Shown here in pieces: positions 1 to 9,472 of a stretch of 64,000 bases of DNA. The stretch comes from Alphaproteobacteria bacterium (GTDB taxonomy: Bacteria > Pseudomonadota > Alphaproteobacteria > GCA-2731375). A program made the translations under genes and the position numbers. The stretch spans positions 3,968,001 to 4,032,000 of the forward strand of contig CBDDPY010000002.1 of the NCBI GenBank assembly GCA_965232515.1, in the 5' to 3' direction. Below the pieces are notes generated by a model, which saw nothing but the letters and a program-made list of their open reading frames with translations, made no database searches and was not told the origin of the DNA. How positions within the stretch are numbered: position 1 is the stretch's first letter; each line of letters begins with the position of its first letter.

Positions 1-427
1 TGCCGGCGTCCGCCTGGAAGACGTAATTGGCGACCTCGTCGCCATCCAGGCCGTTCGAGCAGGCGAGATCGACGCAGTTGCCGTTGGGATCGGCGATGAT
101 GCTGAGGCTCTGGACCTGGATCGCAAAGACGCCGCTCAGCTCGTTCATGCCGGTGCCGCCGCCGACGCCCGTATCGCCGGCCGCCGTGCGCACGGCGCTG
201 ATATTGAACATGCCGAACAGCGTATCGCCGACGCCGATCAGATCGTCGCCGTCGCGGTCGAACAGCCCTTCGCCCGAGCTGTCGATAAGCTGCACCTGCC
301 CCTGCTCCGGGAACAGGTTCTCCACATCCATGGGCCCGGCCTGCGCCGCGCCGGCGGTCAAAACGAGAAAAGCGGCGCAAGCGGCGGCGCCACCGGCCAG
401 CGGTCGGGTTCTAGATATCGTCGTCAC
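1..427 (-). CDS. Secreted protein, N-terminal part only (resembles PEP-CTERM-type exported proteins); runs off the window start
   Basis: Not in ORF track. GTG at 427 after GGGGGAA; translates VTTISRTRPLAGGAAACAAFLVLTAGAAQAGPMDVENLFPEQ...DRDGDDLIGVGDTLFGMFNISAV..., with an AQA signal-peptide site and an acidic Gly-rich mature region; open to the window edge. Confidence 0.65.
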   Translation of the reverse strand, partial: MTTISRTRPLAGGAAACAAFLVLTAGAAQAGPMDVENLFPEQGQVQLIDSSGEGLFDRDGDDLIGVGDTLFGMFNISAVRTAAGDTGVGGGTGMNELSGVFAIQVQSLSIIADPNGNCVDLACSNGLDGDEVANYVFQADAG

Positions 428-557
428 GTCTGTTCCCCCTGAGGTTTCCAGAAGGAACTGACTCCCGGCCGGGCGATATCAAGCGCTGGCCACGACGCTC
501 ACAGATAGATCACAAGACGGCCGAAAACCGGGCATTCCGTCTGGCGATAAAAAATAC

Positions 558-607
558 TTGAACAACGTTCGGGAATATCCATCTAGATAATGAACAACGT
601 TCATTAT
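558..607. promoter_or_regulatory. Tandem TGAAC-N3-GTTC operators, 32 bp apart
   Basis: TGAACAACGTTC at 559 and 591; the second lies in the perfect palindrome ATAATGAAC-AAC-GTTCATTAT (587-607). Confidence 0.7.
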
Positions 608-641
608 CATTTCATTACACAGGAATTTGGGGGTTCGCAAG

Positions 642-734
642 ATGTGGCCGAAACCGTTCAACATCCGCTTCCGGTGCTTCCTGAAACAGGTCGTCCCAGC
701 CCTCTGGGGCGGCATGGCCCTGCAGCCGTGCTGA
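642..734 (+). CDS. Putative 30-aa small protein MWPKPFNIRFRCFLKQVVPALWGGMALQPC
   Basis: ATG 642 after GGGGG, directly downstream of the AT-rich operator region; below ORF track cutoff. Confidence 0.35.
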   Translation: MWPKPFNIRFRCFLKQVVPALWGGMALQPC

Positions 735-1040
735 CAACGGCCCGCCCGCTGCGCGTTTCCGGCGCACTCGGCGGATCCGCGCGGGGCTAGGTGTCCGGAC
801 CTATTCGGGAAAAATTGCCACAAAAATAGCGCTGGTCTCCCGTCGACCCCGTCGCGAAGACTGGGGCCATACGTTACTGCCACCAATCGAGGGCTTGGTG
901 GACAGGGAGGGATCACCAAATCTGCGGCTCGGCCGGCGATCCACCGCCATCCGATCTCCGGTCGGCCGCGGGTTTGGGAAAAATCGAACAGACCGGCGGC
1001 GCGCCATCGGACAACGCCGACCGCCGCGATCTCGGCATGA

Positions 1041-1834
<794 letters not shown>

Positions 1835-1835
<1 letters not shown>

Positions 1836-2950
1836 CACCGGGCCTCCGTCACGCGGCGGCGGATGAAGTTGTTGAAGATCACCGCGATCAGCAGCATCAC
1901 GCCCAGGAACACCTTGAACCAGTCGGTGTTCACGCCGGTAAAGAAGATGCCGACCTGCACGGTGCCGAAGATCAGCGCGCCGAACATGGCGCCGATCGCC
2001 GAGCCGTAGCCGCCGGTCAGCAGGCAACCGCCGATCACCGCGGCGATGATCGCCTCGAACTCCTTCAGCAGGCCGCGGTTGGTGTCGGCCGAGCCGGCGT
2101 CCAGCACCTGGATCGTCGCCACCAGCGTCGCCGCGCAGGCCGTGGTCATGAACAGGATGATCTTCACCCGCTCGACCGGCACGCCGACGTTGCGGGCCGC
2201 CGTCTTGTCGCCGCCGCAGGCGAAGATCCAGTTGCCGAACCGCGTGCGCAGCAGCACCCAGGTGGCGACGGCACCGAAGCCCAGCCACCAGATCACCGAC
2301 ACCGGAATGCCCGGCACAACGGGCGCGCCGTCGGCGCGCTGGGCGATGACGCCGACCTCGGACAGCCAGACGAACAGGCCGTGGCCGACGTCGCCGGAAA
2401 ACAACCCCGCCAGCCAGTCGTCCTCAGCGATCTGCTTCAGGCCCGAGACCTGCGTTCGGCCGGTGATCAGCCGGGTGAAGCCGATGGTCAGGCCGCGCAG
2501 AATGAACAGGCCGGCGAGCGTCACGATGAACGACGGCAGGCCCGTGCGCACCGTGATCAGACCGTTGAAATAACCGACGAAGATGGCGACGCCGAAGGCC
2601 ATCGGGATACAGACCCACAGCGGCCAGCCCCAGGTCGCGGCGGGAATCGCGATCACCACGCCCGCCGCGCCGATCATCGAGCCCACCGACAGGTCGAACT
2701 CGCCGCCGATCATCAGCAGCGCCACGGCCACGGCCAGGATGCCCAGCAGGGCCGAAACTTCGAGGAAGTTGACGATGCCGCGGGCGCTGAACATGCCGCT
2801 GTCGCCGGCGACAATGCCGAAGAACAGATAGACCAAAACAGCACCGGCCACGGCGCCAAGCTCGGGCCGTGCCAGCAGCTTCTTGACGAGTGAGGTCTCG
2901 CGCAGCCGCTCGTCGGCCCGCGCGGCGTCATTGGCGGTCTGTTCAGTCAC
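1835..2950 (-). CDS. Sugar ABC transporter permease (RbsC-like)
   Basis: [23 protein letters not shown]...GGYGS motifs; multi-TM. Confidence 0.95.
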
Positions 2951-3061
2951 GGTTCGCCCCCAAGTTTCTTGTCCCCGATAACGCTACATCGACAAAAAGC
3001 TCCTGTGCGGCGATGGCGGCGGCGCGCCGGTGCGTCCCGCCGCCTCACCCCACCCCTACGC

Positions 3062-3997
3062 CTAGCGGATGCCCTTGGCGCTCAGGTCGATCACCTGAGC
3101 GGCATTCTCCGGGGTTACGAAACCGGGACCGGTCAATACGTCGGCGCCCGGCATCAGGCCGTATTTCTTGTGCAGCGTCAGAATGACGACCGGCATATAG
3201 CCCTGCAGGTACTGCTGTTGGTCGATGGCGAAGGCCATCTTCTTGTCGGCCAGCGCCTGCAGCACCGTCGGCGACAGGTCGAAGGTCCCCATCTTGACCT
3301 GACCGATCAGGCCTTCCTCTTCCAGCGCCGCCAGCGCCGGCTCCGCCGCCGACGGACCTAATGTCAGAATCGCCTGCGTATCGGGGTTGCGGATCAGATG
3401 CGACGACACGGCGCTGCGGATCTCGGTCGGGTCCATGGATACCGCCACCACTTCGACCTCACCGCCCAGGCCCTTGGCGAAGCCCTCGCAGCGCAGGTCC
3501 AGCGCCACGTTGCCGACCTCCTGGTTCACGCAGATCGCCTTCGTCACGCCCGACGCGGCCATGCGCTCGCCGCCGCCGACGCCGGCCTCGAACTCGGTTT
3601 GGCCGACATGCACCTGCACGCCCAGCGACTTGCGCACGTCGCTGCCCGAATTCATCGACACGACGGGAATGCCGGACGCCACAGCGGCGCGGATCGACTC
3701 GCCCAGCGCATCGGCGTCGGGGATCGAGACCACCAGGCCGTCCGGATTGGAGGCGACGGCGGTGTCGATCATCTGCGCCATGCGCACCATGTCGAAGGTG
3801 TCGGGCGCCAGGTACTCGACGCTGACGCCCATATCTTCCTGGGCGTCGTCGACGCCGTTCTTCACCACCGACCAGAATGGGTCGGACGCCTGGCCGTGGC
3901 TGACCACGACGATGCGGATGTCCTGCGCCAGCGCAGGTCCGATGGCCAATGCGGCAAGCCCCAGACAGACGGCCGCGAGCAGTTTAAGCTGTTTCAA
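3062..3997 (-). CDS. Sugar (possibly inositol/polyol) ABC transporter substrate-binding protein
   Basis: TTG start after GAGGGAGG; signal peptide ALA-Q; [19 protein letters not shown] motifs of PBP1 sugar binders. Confidence 0.92.
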   Translation of the reverse strand: MKQLKLLAAVCLGLAALAIGPALAQDIRIVVVSHGQASDPFWSVVKNGVDDAQEDMGVSVEYLAPDTFDMVRMAQMIDTAVASNPDGLVVSIPDADALGESIRAAVASGIPVVSMNSGSDVRKSLGVQVHVGQTEFEAGVGGGERMAASGVTKAICVNQEVGNVALDLRCEGFAKGLGGEVEVVAVSMDPTEIRSAVSSHLIRNPDTQAILTLGPSAAEPALAALEEEGLIGQVKMGTFDLSPTVLQALADKKMAFAIDQQQYLQGYMPVVILTLHKKYGLMPGADVLTGPGFVTPENAAQVIDLSAKGIR

Positions 3998-4112
3998 TAA
4001 AACCTCCCTCAAGTACCGACGGTTTCGAGAACGCGCATTTCTTCGTTTTGTCATAACAGCATGCCGCCTCTCGCCGCGCGGGTAAAGCCTCCGGCCATCC
4101 GCCGCCGATGAA

Positions 4113-4163
4113 CGGTCATACAACCGACACAATTTCTTTGTTGAACCTAAGCAATTCCGTCAC
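4113..4163 (+). promoter_or_regulatory. Pho-box-like 11-bp-phased array upstream of phnM
   Basis: CGGTCAT (4113), CCGACAC (4124) and CCGTCAC (4157) in 11-bp register with AT-rich spacers. Confidence 0.5.
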
Positions 4164-4229
4164 GCATGGTGCCGATGCTGCGCCGTCGGTCGAATCGGCG
4201 CATCTGGTCTCTTCAAAGCGGATATCGAT

Positions 4230-5378
4230 ATGCCCCTGAACCTGCTGGCCGGCCGCGTGCTGATGGCGGACGGCAGCCTCGAAACGGCCGACATCCATAT
4301 CGACGACGGCGTGATCGCCGGCTTCGAGGCCGGCCACGGCCCCAATGTCGATGTCGCCGGCCATCTGGTGTTGCCGGGCATCGTCGACAATCACGGCGAC
4401 GGCTTCGAGCGACACATCATGCCGCGCGCGGGCGTCGATTTCCCCCTGCCCGTGGCCTTGACCGACGCCGACCGGCAGTTGCTCTCCAGCGGCATCACCA
4501 CGGCCTTTTTCGCTCAAGGTCTGTCCTGGGAAGGCGGCCTGCGCGGCGCGGCGCGGGCCGACGCGCTGATCGACGCCATCGCCGCCCACGCCCATGTCTG
4601 CGGCGCCGATATCCGCGTGCACATCCGCCACGAGGTCTTCGCGCTCGACGACGTCGATACGCTCGTTGACTGGATCGCCGGCGGCCGGGTCGACATGCTG
4701 GTCTTCAACGACCATCTGCCCGATTTCGAGGCCATGCGCAGCGATACCGGCCGCATCGAGCGCTACGCCGCCCAGGCCGGCTGCGATAACGACACGTTTC
4801 TCGCCCGCATGGAAGCGACCAGAAGCCGCGAGGCGGACGTGCCGGCGGCGTTGGAGAAGATTGCCGCGGCGGCCCGCGAGGCCGGACTGCCGCTGGGATC
4901 GCACGACGACGATTCACCCGATCTGCGTCACCGCTATCAGGCGCTCGGCGCGACCATTGCCGAGTTCCCTGTGAACCGCGAAACCGCCGCGGCCGGCAAG
5001 CAGCTCGACAACCCGGTGATCATGGGGGCGCCGAACGTGCTGCGCGGCGGCAGCTCGCTCGGCAACATCTCGGCCACCGAATTGATCGCCGACGGCCTCT
5101 GCGACGTGCTGGTCTCGGACTACTATTACCCTGCCCAGCTCCACGCCGCCTTCCGGCTTGTGCGCGATGGCGTGCTGTCGCTGGGCGCCGCCTGGGCGCT
5201 GGTCGCGGCCAATCCGGCTGCTGTCGCCGGGCTCGATGATCGCGGCGTCATCGCTGCGGGGAAACGTGCCGACCTGATCGTGGTCGACAAGGGCGATTCT
5301 GGCACGCCGCGGGTGGTCGGCACGGTCGTCGCCGGCCGGCCCGTGGCCATTGGCGGCGAGTTGTTCGGAGCTATTTGA
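4230..5378 (+). CDS. phnM: Alpha-D-ribose 1-methylphosphonate 5-triphosphate diphosphatase (PhnM-like amidohydrolase)
   Basis: LPGIVDNHGDGFE, SHDD, AEFP, MGAPNVLRGGS, SDYY, GKRADL motifs. Confidence 0.9.
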   Translation: MPLNLLAGRVLMADGSLETADIHIDDGVIAGFEAGHGPNVDVAGHLVLPGIVDNHGDGFERHIMPRAGVDFPLPVALTDADRQLLSSGITTAFFAQGLSWEGGLRGAARADALIDAIAAHAHVCGADIRVHIRHEVFALDDVDTLVDWIAGGRVDMLVFNDHLPDFEAMRSDTGRIERYAAQAGCDNDTFLARMEATRSREADVPAALEKIAAAAREAGLPLGSHDDDSPDLRHRYQALGATIAEFPVNRETAAAGKQLDNPVIMGAPNVLRGGSSLGNISATELIADGLCDVLVSDYYYPAQLHAAFRLVRDGVLSLGAAWALVAANPAAVAGLDDRGVIAAGKRADLIVVDKGDSGTPRVVGTVVAGRPVAIGGELFGAI

Positions 5379-5634
5379 AGCGAACGCCGAGCTGGGTTTC
5401 CGAAGTCCAGACGACCTCGCAGGCGACGCTGTTCCCGTCGCTGTCCTCCAGCACCATTTCCTTCGGGCAAGCGAACGCGCTTTCGCATTCGAGCCGCGCG
5501 CCCGTGGTCGAGAGATCGCGTATCCGGCAATCGATCACCGATGCCGCATCGTTGAAGATGATCTTCGCGCTTTTCAGTCGCCGCAGCCGGGCCGCACCGC
5601 GGCGTTCCGGCGTCGCGTCACCGTCACTCATCAT
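5371..5634 (-). CDS. Stand-alone PilZ domain protein
   Basis: RRGAAR (RxxxR), DLSTTG (DxSxxG), VVW...GVRF. Confidence 0.9.
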   Translation of the reverse strand: MMSDGDATPERRGAARLRRLKSAKIIFNDAASVIDCRIRDLSTTGARLECESAFACPKEMVLEDSDGNSVACEVVWTSETQLGVRFK

Positions 5635-5749
5635 GGTCCAACCCAACCGTTCCTGCTCGCCCTGAAGGCCGACCGCCGGACGTGACATCCGCAATCGGCC
5701 CGACAGCTAAGGCGCGCAACCCCCTGACACTAGGGATAAGTGCCGAGGA

Positions 5750-5765
5750 TTAAGGAAAGCTGAAC
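5750..5765. promoter_or_regulatory. CtrA-like box (1 mismatch)
   Basis: TTAA-GGAAAGC-TGAAC upstream of the PilZ gene. Confidence 0.45.
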
Positions 5766-5778
5766 CAGTGCAATTGAT

Positions 5779-6744
5779 TTATTGAGCGGTCCGTTCCCGC
5801 GAAAGACGTATGCGCGCGCGGCCGCCGCCGGGAATACGGCCCGCGACCAGCTCGATCCCGCAGCTTCGGCACAGCGCGTCGGCCATGCCCAGGCCCGACG
5901 CGGCCCCGCCCTTCGCGGAAGGCAGACCGCCGCCGACCACGACCATCGGCGCCGACGCCGGCGGCGTCGCCACAAGATCGGCGCCGCCATGATCGACGGC
6001 GATATCGAGGTTTCCGCTCGGATCCACGGCGGCGCCGACGCGGATCCGACCGTCCCTGCCCGCGTTCCCAATCGCGTCCGACAGCAGGCTGACCAGGATC
6101 TGCTGCAACTTGATCTCGTTGCAGCGGACCCGCGGCAACGCCTCGGCCAGGTCGAGCTGAATATCGCCATGCGTGCCGTCGGCGAACTCGAGCGCAACCG
6201 ACACGGCGGTCTCGATCAGCGAGGGGACATCGATCAGCACCTCGTGCATGGCGACCTTGCCGGCATCGACATTCGACAGAGCCAGCAGCTCGTTGATCGC
6301 CACCGTCAATCCCCGGCCGCCATCGATGATGCGGCGAAGCTGCTTGGCGTATTTCGGATGGCCCAGCGGGCCGAAGCGGCCGGCATCGATCGCCTCGGCA
6401 AAGTTTATGATCGCGCTCAACGGCATGTGCAGCTCGTGCGCCATGCTGGCGAGAAAGCCCGACAGATGGCGCAGGCTTTCGTTGTTGCGAAAGCGCACGC
6501 CCACCTGGCGCTCGGACCGCCACATCACCTCGCAGTCGAAGCTCTGTTCGTCGCCGACCTTGAGAATGATGCTCTTCGGCAGATGCGGCGCGTTTTCGGT
6601 TTCCAGCTTGGCGCCGGTGTCGGAGATATCGCGCAGCACGCAATCGATGATCGAACTGGCGTTATTGAATACGACCTTGGCGCTCTTCAATCTCCGGAGC
6701 CGCATGCTATCGCGGCGGTTCGCCATCTCGGCGTTGTCGTCCAT
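5779..6744 (-). CDS. PilZ domain fused to HisKA and a degenerate HATPase domain (pseudokinase-like)
   Basis: PilZ RRDSMR...DISDTG; H-box FLASMAHELHMPL; N-box reads QILVSLLSDAI (no Asn), G1 DHGG, G2 GLGM. Confidence 0.85.
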   Translation of the reverse strand: MDDNAEMANRRDSMRLRRLKSAKVVFNNASSIIDCVLRDISDTGAKLETENAPHLPKSIILKVGDEQSFDCEVMWRSERQVGVRFRNNESLRHLSGFLASMAHELHMPLSAIINFAEAIDAGRFGPLGHPKYAKQLRRIIDGGRGLTVAINELLALSNVDAGKVAMHEVLIDVPSLIETAVSVALEFADGTHGDIQLDLAEALPRVRCNEIKLQQILVSLLSDAIGNAGRDGRIRVGAAVDPSGNLDIAVDHGGADLVATPPASAPMVVVGGGLPSAKGGAASGLGMADALCRSCGIELVAGRIPGGGRARIRLSRERTAQ

Positions 6745-6853
6745 AACCAAGGTCCCGAACCCCCGAACGCACCGGCCGTGCCGCCGGCGCATTTTCCCCT
6801 CCTCTCGGATATTGCCGCTCCGCCATTAACGTCGGGTGAAGCCGCCGCGCACG

Positions 6854-6869
6854 TAAACATGGTGTTAAC
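6854..6869 (-). promoter_or_regulatory. CtrA-like box (1 mismatch)
   Basis: Minus strand TTAA-CACCATG-TTTAC between the PilZ-HK and CBS genes. Confidence 0.55.
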
Positions 6870-6976
6870 CCAGGCCCAATGGGCCTACACTTGTTTCTGC
6901 AACCGGTTCGCTGCATCGAAGGCGGCCGGTGCCGCCCGTCGTTCACGGCAGCGAGCCGGCACCGGAGGAAACCGTC

Positions 6977-7411
6977 ATGAACGTCGCGTTGCTGTTACAG
7001 TCGAAAGGATCCGACGTCGCAACCGTCAAACCGGATACCCGGATGTCGACGGTGGTGCGGCAGTTGCGTCTGAAGGGCGTCGGCGCGCTGGTTGTCAGCG
7101 AGGACGGCCGCACGGTTCAGGGCCTGATCTCGGAGCGGCATATCGTGCATGCGTTCGCCGCGCACGGGCCCGAGCTCTTGGACCTGCCGGTGGCCGACGT
7201 GATGAGCCGGTCGGTCATTACCTGCAAGCCGCAGGACAACGTCAAGCAGGTGATGGCGATGATGACCCGCCACCGCGAGCGACATATCCCGGTGGTCGAG
7301 GGCGGTCATCTCTGCGGCCTCATCAGCATCGGCGATGTGGTCAAGAGCCGCCTCGACGAGATGGAGCTGGAAGCCAACGTCCTGCGCGAACGCGTCATCG
7401 CCCGCGGCTGA
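6977..7411 (+). CDS. CBS domain pair protein
   Basis: GGAGG RBS; GALVV, GLISERH, RHIPVVE, GLISIGDVVK. Confidence 0.93.
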   Translation: MNVALLLQSKGSDVATVKPDTRMSTVVRQLRLKGVGALVVSEDGRTVQGLISERHIVHAFAAHGPELLDLPVADVMSRSVITCKPQDNVKQVMAMMTRHRERHIPVVEGGHLCGLISIGDVVKSRLDEMELEANVLRERVIARG

Positions 7412-7440
7412 CGCCTCGCCGCGTCGGGACGGCGCCGTGC

Positions 7441-8235
7441 CTAACGCCCTTCGAACCGGGGCTTGCGCTTCTCGCCGAAAGCGCGCTGGCCTTCCTGGTA
7501 GTCGGCGCTGGCGTGGCAGGCGTCGACCAGCGCCTGGCAGAGCTCCAGATCCGCCTCCGCGGGCGCCTTGCCGGCTTCGGCAATAATGCCCTTCGCCGCC
7601 CTGACCGATAGGGGCGCGTTCTCGGCAATGCCGCGGGCATAGTCGTCGACCAGTTCGTTCAGTTCGGCCGCCGGCGCGACGCGATTGACCAACCCCATCT
7701 GCATAGCCTCGGCGGCGCTGAACTGGCGGCCCGTGAACAGCAGCTCCTTCGCGTGCTTGGCGCTGATATTGGCCAGCAGCAGCCGCACATCGTCGTACTT
7801 GTAACCGAGGCCGAGCCGCGCCGGCGTCACCGCGAAGCGGGCGTCGTCCGCGGCGATCTGCAGGTCGCAGAGCTGCGAGACCTCGAGCCCGCCGCCGATG
7901 CAATAGCCTTCAATTCTGGCGATCACCGGCTTCGGCGCCTCGGCCAGCGCCGCATAAGCGCGGCCCGAGGCGGCGTTGTATTCGGCGATCTGTTCGTTGC
8001 TGGCCCGGCGCGTCGCGAACTCCGAAATATCGTTACCGGCCGAAAAGGCCTTGCCGCCGGCGCCACTGACCACGATCACGCGGACCGCGTCGTCGCCGAC
8101 AAAATCGGCGATGACATCGGGTATCGCCTGCCACATGGCGAACGAAATCGCGTTGCGGCGTTCGGGTTGATTGAAGATCAGCCGGCCGATCCCGCCGTCT
8201 TTTTGGGCGATAATCTTGTCCGTGACATCCAACAT
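7441..8235 (-). CDS. Enoyl-CoA hydratase/isomerase family protein
   Basis: AFSAGNDI, KPVIARIEGYCIGGG, EGQRAFGEKRKPRF. Confidence 0.93.
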   Translation of the reverse strand: MLDVTDKIIAQKDGGIGRLIFNQPERRNAISFAMWQAIPDVIADFVGDDAVRVIVVSGAGGKAFSAGNDISEFATRRASNEQIAEYNAASGRAYAALAEAPKPVIARIEGYCIGGGLEVSQLCDLQIAADDARFAVTPARLGLGYKYDDVRLLLANISAKHAKELLFTGRQFSAAEAMQMGLVNRVAPAAELNELVDDYARGIAENAPLSVRAAKGIIAEAGKAPAEADLELCQALVDACHASADYQEGQRAFGEKRKPRFEGR

Positions 8236-8382
8236 CTCGATCCTTTCGGCAACGTGCGGCGAGACTTGCGAGTCTAGACGCAACCGTTTGCCGTTTCACC
8301 ATCGGCCCGGTTCGCGCTAGATTCCCTCGATCTTTACCACTGCAGACAAACACAACTCGCAACAACAGGGGAACAGGTGGTC

Positions 8383-9402
8383 ATGAAACTGAAATCAGCT
8401 CTTTCCGCCGCCGCGGTCATCGCGGTCACGGCGGCCTTCGGCGCCGCCCAGGCACAGGACATGCGGTTCTTCAAGATCGCCAGCGGCAGCGCCGGCGGCA
8501 CCTACTATCCCATGGCCGGTCTGATCGCCAATGCGGTCAGCAACCCGCCCGGCTCGCGCCCGTGCGAGAAGCGCGGCAGCTGCGGCGTGCCCGGCCTCGT
8601 CGCCATCGCCATGTCGGCGAACGGCTCGGTCGCGAACGTGAATGCGATCCAGTCCGGCACCGTCGATTCCGGCCTGGCCCAATCCGACGTCACCTATTGG
8701 GCCTATACCGGCACAGGCGTGTTCGACGGCAAGCCGCCGCTGACCAAGCTGCGCGCGCTCGCCAATCTGTTCCCGGAGCACATCCACGTCGTCGTGCGCA
8801 AGGACTCGCCGTTCCAGCAGGTCACCGATCTCAAGGGCAAGCGCATCGGCATTGGCCTGCAGGCGTCCGGCGCCAAGGTCGGCGCCGTCTTGATCCTGGA
8901 AGCGCACGGCATGAAGGAGAATGTCGACTACGAGGCCGAGTACCTGAACAGCCAGCAGTCGATCGACCGCATGCGCGACGGTCAGCTCGAGGCCATGATC
9001 ACGGTCACCGGTTATCCGCAGGCCGCCATCGCCGAGCTCGCCACCACGGTCGGCGCCCGGCTGCTGCCGATCGCCGCTGACAAGGCCGAGATCGTCAAGA
9101 AAAAGGCGCCGTTCTATTACAACGAAAAGGTGCCGGCCGGCGCCTACGAGGGCATCGACAGCGACACCGCGACGCTCGCCGTCGGTGCGCAGTGGCTGGT
9201 CAGCGCCGATGCTGACGACAAGCTGATCTACGAGATCACCAAGGCGCTGTGGAACGACAATACCCGCAAGCTGCTGAACAACGGCCACGCCAAGGGCAAG
9301 GTCGTGCAGCTCGGCACCGCGCTCGACGCCATCGGCATCCCGGTGCATCCGGGCGCCGCCAAATACTACAAAGAAGCCGGCATGACCGTGCCGCAGAATT
9401 GA
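8383..9402 (+). CDS. TAXI family TRAP transporter solute-binding subunit
   Basis: SGSAGGTYY, GSVAN, LAQSD, IPVHPGAAKYYKE. Confidence 0.95.
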   Translation: MKLKSALSAAAVIAVTAAFGAAQAQDMRFFKIASGSAGGTYYPMAGLIANAVSNPPGSRPCEKRGSCGVPGLVAIAMSANGSVANVNAIQSGTVDSGLAQSDVTYWAYTGTGVFDGKPPLTKLRALANLFPEHIHVVVRKDSPFQQVTDLKGKRIGIGLQASGAKVGAVLILEAHGMKENVDYEAEYLNSQQSIDRMRDGQLEAMITVTGYPQAAIAELATTVGARLLPIAADKAEIVKKKAPFYYNEKVPAGAYEGIDSDTATLAVGAQWLVSADADDKLIYEITKALWNDNTRKLLNNGHAKGKVVQLGTALDAIGIPVHPGAAKYYKEAGMTVPQN

Positions 9403-9415
9403 TCGTGACGTATCT

Positions 9416-9445
9416 CGGCGGCCGGGTGAGCCTTCCCGGCCGCCG
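9416..9445 (+). other. Intercistronic GC-rich stem-loop between binding protein and permease
   Basis: CGGCGGCCGGG-N8-CCCGGCCGCCG, an 11-bp perfect stem. Confidence 0.55.
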
Positions 9446-9472
9446 ACGTTTCCTCGACCCGCAGCCGCCTCC

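Noticed and set aside
478-492. Sigma54 promoter (TGGCCAGCGCTTGAT, minus strand) for the secreted protein
   Set aside because: GG to -12 spacing is 9 rather than 10, and -12 reads GA
559-607. TGAAC-N3-GTTCA as a LexA box
   Set aside because: Spacer fits neither the Gram-positive GAAC-N4-GTTC nor the alphaproteobacterial GAAC-N7-GAAC form; the latter is seen at mmcB
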